From contig NW_026889778.1 in assembly GCF_033153115.1 (NCBI RefSeq), positions 26,350,001 through 26,414,000 on the forward strand: 64,000 bases of DNA, in the 5' to 3' direction. Both the position numbers and the translations under genes were made by a program. Numbering within the stretch: the stretch's first letter is position 1; every line of letters begins with the position of its first letter. The notes beneath the pieces are model-generated. The model saw nothing but the letters and a program-made list of their open reading frames with translations, did not search any database and was not told the DNA's origin. Positions 1-12,908 of this stretch are shown here, piece by piece. This DNA is from Saccostrea echinata. Its lineage: Eukaryota.

Positions 1-54
1 ATATATGAGGATAACGAACAATATTCAAGCTCAAAAGTCCATAAAATATTACAA

Positions 55-260
55 AATAGGTGCAGAGCAAACACGGACCTCCAAAACATTAGAGGTGGGA
101 TCAGGTGCCATGGAGGAGTGAGCATCCCCTGCCGACCGGTCACACCCACCGTCTGCTCCTTGTCATGATCGGGATATAACGGAAAAATCCGTCGACAATT
201 CAGTGTGTAAATAATGGCCTAACAATAAGTATTAAAAACGTCAGTCAGCATTTGACTCAA
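55..260 (-). mobile_element. Probable 3' terminal fragment of a Penelope-like retroelement
   Basis: GC-rich structured segment (ggtgggtgtgaccggtcggcaggggatgctcactcctccatggcacctgatcccacc on the minus strand) that I recall as a common oyster retroelement tail; no ORF in the window. Confidence 0.35.
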
Positions 261-324
261 TGATACATGTGTAATAGGAATGGGGAAAAAATACAACCCT
301 CTAAGACAAACCCTTATTTGTCTC

Positions 325-720
325 TGACAGGACTTTCACCTGCAAGTCCAGGAGTAGTCAACGGCACGGAATCTGTGACAGAAAATTAAAGGAGAAAATG
401 TATTGCAGGGCCGGGAATTGGACCCGGGACCCCTGCATCACTAGTCACGTGCTCTACCGACTGATCTGCCAAGGTTGATATCCAAGGCCAAAACCATTAT
501 ATTTCTCCCTCCTTAATCGAACCCGAGCCTCCTGAATCTCCAGTGCTCTACCAACTGAGCTATCTGACCACCGGCAATCGAACCCGTCTGACCGCCACAT
601 TTCCCTCCTTAAAGATCTTCGGCGCCGAAGACACCAACCCAGGTTCTTCACTGGCAGGTCTTTCACCTGTAAATTTCATACTGGTCACAGTGCCAAATCT
701 AATGGGAGAGGAGAAAAATT
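325..720 (-). repeat. Composite repeat containing two degenerate tRNA-derived segments (~405-475 and ~515-575)
   Basis: Minus strand TGGCAGATCAGTCGGTAGAGCA...GGTCCAATTCCCGG and TAGCTCAGTTGGTAGAGCA...GGTTCGATT (A/B boxes); acceptor stems broken. Confidence 0.6.
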
Positions 721-724
721 CTGC

Positions 725-1085
725 CCCCGAGTCACGCCTCCATGCAGATGTTTCTTGGACGTCCCCTCTTTCTCATGCCCTGCGGATTCCAAGTCAGGGC
801 CTGGCTTGTGATGCTGGATGGTGACTTCCTTAGGGTGTGAGTAATCCATCCCTACTTCCTCCGTTTGATGTGCACGTCCAATGGTTTCTGCCTTGCTCTC
901 TTCCATAGTCCTTTCAGGCCATGGGATGTTGCAGATGTGCCTGAGATAGATGTTGTAAGGTGTCTGGATCTTCTGCAGGGTTGTTTTGGTTATTCTCCAC
1001 GTTTCTGCTCCATACAATAGGAAAGACTTAACATATGGATTGAGGATCCGCAGTTTGGTAGTAATCGGATGTAGCTCCAACCTGG
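725..1085 (-). mobile_element. Non-LTR retrotransposon (RTE-like) ORF2 C-terminal fragment, decayed
   Basis: TKLRILNPYVKSFLLYGAETWRITKTTLQKIQ...LRHICNIPWP, typical post-RT region; frameshifted. Confidence 0.75.
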
Positions 1086-1570
1086 GGCAATCAAAATACA
1101 AGATGTTACCATACATTATACTAAAGTCAATTATATTATTAGTTTTTAAGAATACGAGAAGAAGATTTTTAAAGTAATTTTCCGTTTATATTTCTATGGA
1201 AAGCTTTAACTGATCCCCATATAGTAGCCCCATCCTGAACTCGGGGATCCCGATTTGAACAAAACTCAATCTACTCTACCTTAGACAGCTTTCATATCAA
1301 TATGACTAATAATGGCTCTGTCTTTTTTGAGAAGATTTTATGTGATTTTTTCCTATAATTATATTCCCATGAAAAACATCACCCCACTTACAGTGGGGTG
1401 ACAATATTTGTAATGAAAATAGGCAAATAATGTCGCCAGCGACGATATGTACATATTTTTTCAGCCGGCTATAATATGCATGATATGTGTCGTTGGACAA
1501 CATGTGCCGCTAGAATAGGTGCATATTGCCACCAACAACAATATGTACAAAACGACAATATAGGTGTATC

Positions 1571-2143
1571 GTCACACTTTCGTTTGCCAAGATATAGAAA
1601 TTTCCTCTTTATTAATACACCATACTCTTTGGGGGTTTCCAAAAACTTTTGGGGTCTTTTAAATATATTGAATTGAATTCAAGGGATTTATTTTTAGTGT
1701 TTATCTTATGTATGCGCTGTATTTATATTTAAAAGCCCTAAAAGTTTTGGAAACCCCCGAAGAGTATGATATATTAATAGACAAGAGGAAATTTTTATAT
1801 CTTGGCAAACGAAAGTGTGTCAAACGAAAGGGCATTGATTTTTAGTGTTTATCTTTAAAACAGGAATATGTATGCGCTGTATTTATATTTAAAAGACTAA
1901 AAAGTTTTGGAAACCCCCGAAGAGTATGATATATATTAATAGACAAGAGGAAATTTTTATATCTTGGCAAACGAAAGTGTGTCAAACGAAAGGGCATTGA
2001 TTTTTTGTGTTTATCTTTAAAACAGGAATACGTGTGCGCTGTATTTATATTTAAAGACCCAAAAGTTTTGGAACCCCCCGAAGAGTATGGTATATTAATA
2101 GACAAGAGGAGAACGACCAACCATAGACAATCGATACACATGA
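1571..2143. repeat. One inverted plus ~3 direct copies of a ~160-bp unit, inserted in the left arm only
   Basis: cacactttcgtttgccaagatat... at 1572 is the reverse complement of ...atatcttggcaaacgaaagtgtg at ~1800 and ~1960. Confidence 0.8.
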
Positions 2144-2770
2144 CTTGGGGTAAACAGCTGAGTGGAGTGAAGTGGAGTAGAGTTATGTGGAGTCATGGAG
2201 TGGAGTCTGTATTGTAAAAGTACATAAAGTTATAAAAATAATCTGATTCCTCTTACATACAATCATTCCCTTGAAACGTTGTTCTGGGTTAGTGTGAGGA
2301 GAATGAAAAAAATTAATAATGACCTGTAAATGTCACACAGGGACAAAGACTCTGCGATTCATTAACAATGCACATAGACAAAGCTATATGTCTTGTTGAC
2401 AGCTTTAATATAAATCACATAAACAGCAATTACTTGTTGTTCATGTTGTTTTTTAATGAAGATTTACTACTAAAGTGCAAAGTGATCTCTTTGTTGATAT
2501 TTGAGATGATTATTTTTCCTGTTTATCTTTTTCATTGTTTTTATCTCCCTTTTCCTGTTTAAATTAGGGGGAATGCTACAGAAGATTCTATCCCAACTGG
2601 ATCTATCGGTTATTGGAGTACAGGCTACAATTATAATCGAAAATACATAAAGGAAAATATTTATTGAAATATACTCAACACTGTCTACCAACCACTGAAA
2701 ACGATGATGCAGATTCTCTGATGGAATTTATTTGATTGGAGAATGGGAACTTTAAAATAATGTCAATCCA

Positions 2771-3171
2771 TAGGGCTGGGTAATAATACCGATATTCCGG
2801 TATATTGCTGTATGTTGACAAAAAATATCGTATTTCATTACGTTTTTGTAATACCGATATACCGGCAATATGCTTGGACTCAGGAATTCTATCATAAATT
2901 ATAAAGAAAAATTGTCAGAAAGGTTTGCGATCATGCCATATAGTCAGCAATAGCTGTTATATGGTTGTATTTAGCTGTATAACTGTAAATCAATCAACAA
3001 GATATCTTTTATTGGTTATTTATCATAGTTATGTATTTAATTAAAAGGAAGTTAATATAATATGAAAATACCATTTATTTTTTGTCGAAAATATTGCAAT
3101 ACATATCGCAATACAGTTAAAAATATCGCAATATACCCCAACACGAAATTTCTAGCCAATACCCAGCCCTA
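2771..3171. mobile_element. hAT-type MITE
   Basis: TIR TAGGGCTGGGTA / TACCCAGCCCTA; 8-bp TSD tcaatcca / tcaatccc. Confidence 0.8.
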
Positions 3172-3756
3172 TCAATCCCCATAATTATGTGCTGAAAGGT
3201 ACACTGGTTACTCATTGTTTTAATAAGGGTACTAAAGCAGGATGCTGTCACCTTGATTCTAGTATTACAATCTGTAATAACATGGTTTTCTGCATTGGAC
3301 AAATCTTTCAGTGCCTTTTTATTATTACATTAAAATTTATTTAAGTTTGTCTTTGATGTTGCTGAGGCAGCGAATATTCCCTTTACTCGGTATAATATAT
3401 AAGTGCCTTAATAAACTAAAGTTTTATTTAAAAAAAAACAAACCTTACAACATATAATAGCAGTCTTCATATGGTAATTTTTGTCGTATTTGTGAAAAAA
3501 AAATGTCGAAGAAGTTTTTCCTGCAAAAATCCTGTGCTGATGTTGTGCGAGTAAGGGCAAGCATATAAATTTGTTTTTTATTTAATATGTTTTGGTTATC
3601 AATTCATTTAATTAATTAATTTATTTATTTATTTATTTATTCATTTTTTATTTATTTATTTATTTATTTTAAGATGACTTATTTCATTTGATATGATAAG
3701 TTATACTCTGTAACGGAAACTATTGAACTTTTATACATAATTTTTTTTTATTTCAG

Positions 3757-6700
3757 GTTCACACATATCAGAGGGAAATGCTTTGGAAAGTGATGGATTA
3801 CCAGGGGAAAGTGTATTGAAACCAAAATACATGTGCTTTTCATACATAAATCAGTTCAGGGTCGTCAGAAGAATTGCCAGCCCTGATCAAGAGCAAACAA
3901 TCATTAAAAAGAAAAGGGAAAATCATGGAAGTCCTCCAAAGAAGATCTTTTTCGAGATGAAATAATTGAAATTTCAGATTCTTCTCCAGAAAAGTCGCCA
4001 AGAAAAGTTTCTTTTCATCTTTAAAAACAGGAAAAAGGAGGCTTACTCATCCAGACAAAGTCACAGGGAGTAGCCACAATGATGTTCACAATTGGTTTTC
4101 TTCTTCAGCGAATGAAAAGTCTCCAGAGAAATCTGTTTCAAGCATTTCAATAGCATCAGTAAAGAGGAAGTAGTGTTGATTCAGATTCCAACTCTCTTCC
4201 TGATATCGAGGATTATAGGTCTCAAGTTCCATTATCTGGTTCAGTTGGCGATTTTTATCAAAGTGATCTATTAATGCCTATTTACAAAAGACTTTCAAAA
4301 GGTATTGAAACAAGAGAAGTGAATGTAAATCATATACGGTACAAATTTGATACATCAGATGTGCATTTCGATAAATTATGTCTCTTCAGTGATGCTCAGG
4401 CCGAAATATTGGAAATCCAAAATATTTAAATAAAAAAAAGACTTTGAAGAGCTGAAAAAGGTGCCAAGGACTGGAGCCAAATACGTCGAAGGATCAGAGC
4501 TAATCATGAGGGAGATAATCTTTAATTTTGAAATATTTTTTAAAATTTTACCACAGCAATTAAATACATATCCGTATTTTCAAGCTAGAACCGAAGTGCT
4601 TAGCTACTGGGCTGTAGAGTCCCTCGTGGACTAACAGTCCACCTGCAGAGGCCTCGATCCAGGGGTCATATGTAAATCATATATGGTACAAATTGGATGC
4701 ACCAGATGCGCATTTTCGACAAATTATCTCTTCGGAATAAAGTGTTACTACAGCATTGTGATGAAAATTCTATAGCTAAGAACATTCAATGACGAATGAA
4801 ATGTCTCCTTTTTATACAGTGTCAAATTCACTGGTCACTGGAAAAATACTCTATGTGATGGAATGGGCTCTTGGAAACAAATGGGAAAACAAGTTTCACT
4901 TATAAACATCTCTGATATTGACTTTGAAATTTCAAATGACGTGAAAGAAGTTTTGAAAGGGAATATGGTGCTTAAATCTATTCGACATAAATATGTGAAT
5001 AATACATCCTCTGACCTACACAGAGTAATTTTACACATGGAAAAGGAAGATGGGACTGTGCTTGACCTAGTTTTTGCGCAATACTACTTTGAAAATGAAC
5101 CACATTTATACCAAATCTGCATAAAACAGTTAACAGCTGGAAAAATATCAACGAACTAGCGAGAGCACTAAAATGAGGATTCAAACTATAGTTGATGAAA
5201 ATAAACGACTAAAAGACATTTTTATACCATAATAGAAGAGCAAGGAGGCATAGATCACATACCCGGTGGATTATTTCTTCCTCGAGACAGACAGAATTTT
5301 TTTTTAAAAAGTTAAAATAAAAAGATCAAGTACAAGCAATTTCGATTCACTTGCAGAACTTATGGACTTTGCAAAATCACAGGAACAAATGAAAGATGGA
5401 TTTGTACGTGAAGTAAGATGTACTCCTGAATTTACTGTGTTTTTAGGATCAAATTGCCAGCTTAAGGAAATTGAGAAATAATGTAGGAATGCAAAGAACT
5501 TTTGAATACTAGACATTGACACTACCTTTAATATAGGTACTTTTTATGTCACTGTAACAACTTATCGAAATCCAATGTTTGTGAGTAAAAATGGAAATGA
5601 ACCAGTCATGATTGGACCAATTTTATACACCAGAGGAAAAACATCGATAGTTATTTAAAACTTTTATCCTCAATTCTGCAAATATGCCTCGAAATAAAAA
5701 AGTGTATGTCTGCAGAATTGCGAAGTCTTTCGGGACTTGGTTTTCCACCAAAACCCTATAACCAAAATGCCAATGAATGCATGAACTCAGTCATCAAAGT
5801 GACCTAAAAAAGGAAGGTCATCACTCAAAAATCAATGAAAAGGAAGTTGTTTTAGCCTTAGAGAAAATAGTAAGAAGGCAAGAAGCAGAAGTCAAATTGT
5901 CTTTAATCGGAAAGAGGGAGTATCGTTTAAAGAAAAAATACCCAGCATCTTCAAGTACCAGACCACATATACTGGAGGAAAACACCACTACAAAGAGAGC
6001 TAGGCAGTTTTTACAAAGTTAGTGTAATATTTATGTATTTTGTCTCGAGAATCTGTCATATTTAACCATCCTCTTTCTTAAAAATCATTATTGCTTAATA
6101 TTCAACAGGGTGCTAAAAGAACCATTACTAGCTTTGGGAGAGGACTTCACAGGTCATACAGATGAAACAGAAGATCTTCGAGAACATCCACCATTTCTCG
6201 TTTCACCAGAGAACAGCATAATCACAAATACCCGGGTATTCCATTTCAAGTTTTGAAAAATATATTTGAGGAGGCTCAAACTATAATCAATTCTGTGAAC
6301 AGAATTGTTGAAATGCCAGAATACAAAGACAGATCATCGTTCTTTATATTGAATATTGCACATCCGAAGGATTCATTTAAAGTGTGCAAACTGAAAACTA
6401 CAAGCTTTTTTACTTGTGAAAATAGATGACAACGGTTTTCCAGTTTTAATTTGTGCAGTCATACGATTGCTGCTGCAAACTACTTTGACATTCTTAAAGA
6501 CTTTATCAAAATTTACAAAGAAAAGCATAAAACTTTAGGTATTTGTCTAACTGTCTAACTAAAATGGTGCTAGCAAATACATGTATGCCAAAAAGTAGAG
6601 GTCAAAAGCCAAAAGGAACTCAGTAAGAAAGGGTCAAAATGATAAATGTAGTACTGAAATTATTGAATTTGAAACACCACATAGACCTTTCCTTGATCTC

Positions 6701-7010
6701 ACATTTTTGGCTGGAATTGTGAAGAAATGTTATGGATGTGGACAGAGTTTTTTTTTCTGATAGGCAAAGGTCACCACCAAATGATTTTATTTTAAAACGC
6801 TTTGATCATAGAAAATATTCAAGTCCAAACTCTAAAACCTATAAAACAACACCAACATTGCAAAATACATATTATCATTTAAATTCAGACTGTTGTAGAA
6901 GAAAATATCCCTTGTTTGAAATTTCTCGAGATGTCATTGTTCATAGAAAAATCAGTCTCAGTTAACTGCAGATCATAAAGATGTGTTACAAAAGTTAAAT
7001 ATATCCTTTT
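3757..7010 (+). pseudogene. Mutator-like (MULE) transposase pseudogene with SWIM finger
   Basis: Frameshifted and stop-ridden pieces: ILDIDTTFNIGTFYVTVTTYRNP...PVMIGPIL (first catalytic D), GLGFPPKPYNQNANECMNSVIK (catalytic E region), FTCENR*QRFSSFNLCSHTIAAA (SWIM), KCYGCG...PPNDF...YYHLNSDC; the segment between D1 and E appears deleted near 5690. Confidence 0.75.
4324..4734 (-). mobile_element. Retrozyme/Penelope-pLTR-like insert: 347-nt unit bounded by direct repeats with hammerhead-like cores
   Basis: Direct repeat at 4324 and 4671; minus strand CTGAAGA-gac..atc-GAAA-tgcac..tgta-TC (4389-4349) and CCGAAGA..gtc-GAAA..tgcgc..gtgca-TC. Confidence 0.6.
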
Positions 7011-8494
7011 AGTATAATGCGCAGGTAACGTGTGTATAGATCTCTGGATAAAAAAATGAATAAATTGTTTTGCTTTATCTAAAATACGGTTTTTATCCTT
7101 TAAATTTTACAATATATAATGTTAAATTAATGCAATTTTAGAACAAGTAAAATGCAAATAATGATACAGATCTTGTGAAAAGCCTATATTAATACTATAT
7201 TTTTAGATTCGGATCTATTGAAATCATATTGTTGACAAGTTCTTCTTTAATTACTCATTTCTGCTTACAAATGCAAAACCAGTTACGTTTCATAGCAGGT
7301 TTTTTTAATGAGTAAGCATTTCCAATGCAGTAATTAAATCTGACAAGTCTTCTCACCTATTAGGATAAAAGTGTATGCAGTTCACTCAGTCTCTAAAACA
7401 AAAAGCTAAACACTCAAGCCATTCCCATTATTGATATTTGAAGGTCATTAGTTTTTCCTTCACTTATAATTCTGTTGTCAATATGGGTCATACAAATTAA
7501 AAGTGCATTTTAAAGTCTGAGTGATCACTGAAATCAACTATAGCTCATACATACAGAAATAAGAGAGGGAAGGAGGGAGAATATTGTGGGCAGTGAATCC
7601 GAGTCAATTCTTTTCAGGTCTATCTTTTATTACAATTCCACGAATCCACGCCACTCTATATCTAGCTTTTGTAGCATTTCCCCAAATTTATCCAGACAAA
7701 AGGGTGATATAAAAATATTTACACAAAATGAGGAATAAAAACTAATGACAATCAAATCATCAAATATCAACAAAGAGGGTGGTTTGTAATTTAACAGTAA
7801 AATGTACAGATTCTGGATTTATTTCCAAGTCTAACAAAATGTCAAATCTGAAAATTAGTTTTCTTCAGATAAACGTCTACATGTCTTTACCATTTAAGAG
7901 GGCCTCAGATGACCGGGGTAGGTTTGAGTTTGGTTCAAGAACATTTTTTAAAATAGAAATTCAATAGCTGCATGAAAATCCTGCTCCCTCTATATCCGAA
8001 TATGTGGTAGATAAAAATAACCATGCATCTGAATAATTCAATTCTCAGTGCAATTAATAATCCAATTATTGCTATTTATCTATCTGATATTAAAGCTGTT
8101 AACATCTCTAAATAGGTTTGATGGTTTGGGATAGGAATGCAGTCATATATCTGAGCCTAGTTTAGATTTCGTATTTGTATCACCTAGTCTTTATTATTTT
8201 TTAGGTGATCCTCTGCTGACATTTAAAGGTCACTAGCTTTTTGTTTATTGTTGCTTTTTTTCCTAATGAATCTCTTTCTTTTGTTTCTTGTTTCACTCTT
8301 TTTACACAAATCCAAAGTCATATTGCAAGTAAATGATTGTATGGAAGAGGAATCAAATTGTTTTTATAACTTTCTGTACTTTTACAATACAGACTCCACA
8401 TAACTCCACTCCACTTCACTCCACTCAGCTTTTTATCCCAAGCCCGATATACACATATATTGTCGTTTTGTACATATTGTTGTTGGTGTCAATA

Positions 8495-10111
8495 GGACAT
8501 TTTCGGTTGGGTGAACATGCATTTACAAAATAGCGACTACGGATCTTCAGTATGGAGCGCATTATGCACTAAAAATATTGCGTAGCATTTTAAACTGCTT
8601 TTTACACCCGGAATGGGATGTAGTCAAACATCGCTAAGGGCTTTTTAACTTTTGAAACATTTTATAAATAAAGTTAAATAACAAATTATTGTACATTAAA
8701 TTAAATTTCCATGATCAATCGAAACACCGATATTATGAGCTGCTGGGCAGACAGCTGCGTTAGTTTGAGTGTAGTTGGAGACCTAAATTAATGCGGTTTG
8801 ATGTAATTTTTATAAGAGACGCTCGGACAGAACATGTACTAAAAAAAATCAAGCAAAAAGCTTGATATTCATCTTCAAAACTTCAATCATTACAAAAATT
8901 AAATTATTCTCTAGCTTCTTTCATTTTCTGGTAAATGCCAGTTTCTACATTCAATTCCCGAGAAGGGTCCTAGCTCATTCTAGAAATATTCTTCTTTAAT
9001 TCAAAGTGAATACGTTTAGTCAAATATTGATTTGACAAAATTACTTCACAACATGAACTACACATCATTTGTAGATGAAGTACATATCATACAATCTTGC
9101 GTTCTTTAAAGATATAAAATTCATAAAAATATATAATTTATTTAGTTGGGTTAATAAAATAAAATTGGCCCTTGGGAACCTTTCAGTTTGAGGGCACAAC
9201 CAAGCATTTGCGGTGGACAGCACCAAGAAAAATTTACTCAGGGACATAGCATCGTTTTTTTTTAAAGTAGGGGGGGGGGGGGGGCAGTTAAAAATATCAA
9301 CTAACTCGAAAAACCTTGACAAGCAAAATAGGTTCCAATTTCTTTCATTACTAAATTTTATTCATTAACTACAACATTATCCGTATTTGACTATATACTG
9401 CAATAAAAATTGGGGGGGGGGGGGGGGGGGCAACCGGGCAATGTTCAATGAACATTTTCAATAGTAAGAAGTTTTGTTTGGAAAAAGTTGGGGGCAGCCC
9501 CCCCCCCCCCCGGCCCCCTGATGCTACGTGCCTGTTCCTTCCAAGCCAAAAAAGGTCATCAGATGTTTTTAATTAGGGGGCAGAGGGTCACAGATCCATG
9601 AAGTAGCTTTATTTTCTTTTCTGTAGTTTATTATATATTGTAAGATTTTTTAAGGAGGGGGGGCTCCACTGTCCCCTTTTAGGTTCATCCAACCATGAAT
9701 TTCGTAAGTCATTCCTTAATTACATCCCTTACCCGACGTTAGCTCGAGCTAGAATTTGAGCTGGAGCCCGAGCCAATGTTGATAACCTACTTGCCAGATT
9801 ATTTATATTATTTTCAAGGGGTAAGAAATACTGTGGTTCATATATAAAGAACATATTTATATCATTTAGTAGTATTACGGTTTTGGCCTTTGGTATTTTG
9901 CGCAAATGTAACATGATAATTTAAGGAATACTTTTATGTTTTGAACCATTAAAAAATGCAGTATCGAAGGCATCCAATAACCATTTTGGTTGATTAGATT
10001 ATATCTGACAGCTGTTTGTATTAGTAATTTCATTTTTGCACAACATGGTTTCCACACTTCTTTATCCGTAGTTGCTGACAGCTGCAGAAGTTCACCCAAC
10101 CGAAAATGTCT
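8495..10111. mobile_element. Non-autonomous DNA transposon inserted in the right arm
   Basis: 21-bp TIR GACATTTTCGGTTGGGTGAAC; AT/ATA target duplication inferred from the empty site in the left arm (ggtggcaatatgcacc). Confidence 0.75.
9239..9534. mobile_element. Poly-G/C MITE nested in the 8495-10111 element
   Basis: TIR CAGGGACATAGCATC / GATGCTACGTGCCTG; no clear TSD. Confidence 0.55.
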
Positions 10112-10438
10112 ATATGCACCTATTCTCGCGGCACATATTGTCCATCGACACATATTATACATATTGTAGCCGGCTGAAAAATTATACATGTATATATCGT
10201 CGCTGGCGACATTTGTGCCTAACTTCATTACAAATATTGTCACCCCACTGTTAGTGGGGGTGATGTTTTTCATGGGAATATATAGGGAAAAAATACATAA
10301 AATCTTCTCAAAAACCACAGAGCCATTATTAGTCATATTGATATGAAAGCTTTCTAAGGTAGAGTAGATTGAGTTTTGTTCAAATCGTGATCCCCGGGTT
10401 CAGGATGGGGCTACTATATGGGTGATCAGTTAAAGCTT

Positions 10439-10850
10439 TACTTATTTACATTTGCAAATGTTTTCTTTTATATAACACTATTGAAAGCAATGCGTATCTA
10501 TATCCGTATAAACACGGGTTCCTCGCGTCATAAACGTTCGACGTAATTTTTCAGTGACGTCATAAAGGGTCGACGCGCAATCAGAGGATCAAACACGTGC
10601 CGTTGGGTTTGAAAAATAAAACGTTTCACGCGTTAAAGATTATAATCAGGCAAATATAAAATATGAATAAGTCACAAATGTAAATATAAGTAATAAGGTA
10701 TCATTTTTAAACATCTATCGGGCTATAAATACGGGTTGGTACGAGATCAAATTTACCATAAAGCCCTTCGGGCTTTATGGAATTTGATCTCGTGACCAAC
10801 CCGTATTTATATCCCGATAGATGTTTAAAAATGATACTTTATTTCTTAAA
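10439..10850. mobile_element. Palindromic non-autonomous element with an ~80-bp-arm hairpin (10688-10848)
   Basis: Absent from the left-arm copy; arms ...ccataaagccc-TTC-gggctttatgg...; second short IR 10440-10455 / 10674-10691. Confidence 0.7.
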
Positions 10851-11162
10851 TATATAGAAATATAAACGGAAAATTACTAAAAAAAATCTTCTTCTCTTAT
10901 TTTTAAAAACTAATAATATAATTGACTTTCGAACAATGTATGGTAACATCTTGTATTTTGATTTCCCCAGGTTGGAGCTACATCCGCATTACTACCAAAC
11001 TGCGGATCCTCAACTCATATGTTCAAGACCCAAGTAAATATTTTTCTAAACAATATTTTGACGACAATTTTGATAATTAAAATTAAATACCTTACATGTA
11101 TTTGTCTCCCTTCCTTCAAATTACAGCGTAAACATATCTCAATTCATCAGTACATTAATTTG

Positions 11163-11580
11163 CAGGGGCGTATATAGCTTGACTTTAAATTCTAGTGAGG
11201 CAAAACCATAGCAGCAAGAGGTCTGGGGCAGCCTTAGCCCCACCCCCCCACCCCCCCACCCCACCCCCAGCAGGTCCATGGTGGAGTCGGGGGGGGGGGG
11301 GGGGGCACTCCGACAGAAAATGGAGTTGGGGGTTTTAAAATGCAATGAAAATTTTCATTTGCTACACATACTGGTTTCTTTATGTAAGACTTAAGCTATA
11401 TATGATGATACTACATATTGTAAAAGAATTTAAAAGAGTAAATTCAACATTATAGAACTACTTAAAATGTTCAAAGAAATGCCATTAATTTTACGTATTT
11501 TCTGCTATGTGAGGAGGTGGTGGTGGTGAAAAATCTTGTGAGGCAGTTGCCTCATTGCCTAAATGGAAGCTACGCCCCTG
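11163..11580. mobile_element. Poly-G/C MITE
   Basis: TIR CAGGGGCGTA / TACGCCCCTG; atttg on both flanks. Confidence 0.6.
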
Positions 11581-12908
11581 ATTTGATTTTCAAGATATCA
11601 TGTCACAGAAACAAAATATTTCAGATGTTTTGATACTTGTCATTATATTTCAAGATGTAGTCTTCAGGTCGATCCTCTTGTTTCAAACAGGGTCTTAATC
11701 CATTTGAATGACATGTATTTACAGTCAACGTTTCAGAAAACAAGAGAATAATGTCTTGTTTCTTGTTTAAAATCATACAAAACTGAATAAAACTGTTTTA
11801 ATAGAAGAGCATCGTTACATGTACATTATAAACTCGAGATTTAATTACATTCCATTCGAAAGCAGACAGACCTCATCATATTACTAAATGATAATTAACC
11901 AAATCTTTATGAGCCCTCGTCTTCCAAGACACAACATGGCTTAAAATGATAAGAATTAATTCAATAATCGAGCGAGTTTTTTCCCCCTCGACAGCAGTTT
12001 CATTTGATTTGTGATCAGGAGTCCTCGATCGTTCGTTTCCCAAAACAGCAAAAAAACAATTTTCCCATTCTCTCTCTCTCTCTCAAAAAAAAAAAAAAGA
12101 AGAGAAAAAAGACAAAAATGAAGAGCTTTTAATGATGAAATCAAAACTCAAAAACAATATTTTTCAGATACATTAAATTAACCTTTAGTGTGCCACGCCT
12201 CCTGACAAGAATAATACTTTGAAACCACTAATTTTCGGGGGGGGGGGGGGGGGTACTGGGGTGTAAATGTTCGTTTTTGCGTATATGAAGAGACCCACGA
12301 ATTCATGTTCTTTACGAAGTGTTAGAAAAGAAATTAACGAAAACAATTGATTTCACAGTAAATGTCAAATAACAATAAAAAAAATAATAATCCCGATAAA
12401 TAAATGTGGCTTTGTACAAAAAAAAAATGTTAGTAAAGAAAATGGGGTTGTTGCAACCCTGATAATAATACCTCAGCATAAACTCTTAGTTGATAATCAA
12501 AGTTGCCACACACCCCTTTTTTAACGGGTTAATTTGGGTTTAAATATCTAGATCTGTTCCTAACAAAAGAATGGAGGTAAAGGTTAAATGGTTTGATTAT
12601 AAAATATAATATTAGAACTAACCAATGAAAAGTTTTGTTCTGAAATAATTTTGAAAAAAAAAATCATATGCTAAAAAAATTTAATTAAGAACACAGTTCC
12701 TGCGCAACTAATTGTCAAAATTGACCTTCAAAACATGGGATAATCCATGTGTCCTCCAGTGTTTTTTTTATCCCATTTTGTGAACTGGTGGATCATGCCT
12801 TCCTCTTCAACAAGTGGACAAAGAAATTAGATTTCTGGTTTAATTGCGCTCTTCTGTGTGCTTCCATCTTTTCTCTCTGTAAAATTTTAGTTCGTTCTTC
12901 CTTTTTTA

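Larger units (their letters stand above)
1030..11023. mobile_element. ~10-kb composite Mutator-like/foldback structure: inverted arms (1030-1570 plus 2144-2267 versus 8332-8495, 10112-10438 and 10851-11023) around a decayed transposase
   Basis: Arms align as reverse complements once separate insertions in each arm are removed. Confidence 0.75.

Noticed and set aside
405-575. Functional tRNA genes
   Set aside because: Acceptor stems and B boxes are degenerate, and the second copy lacks most of the anticodon arm.
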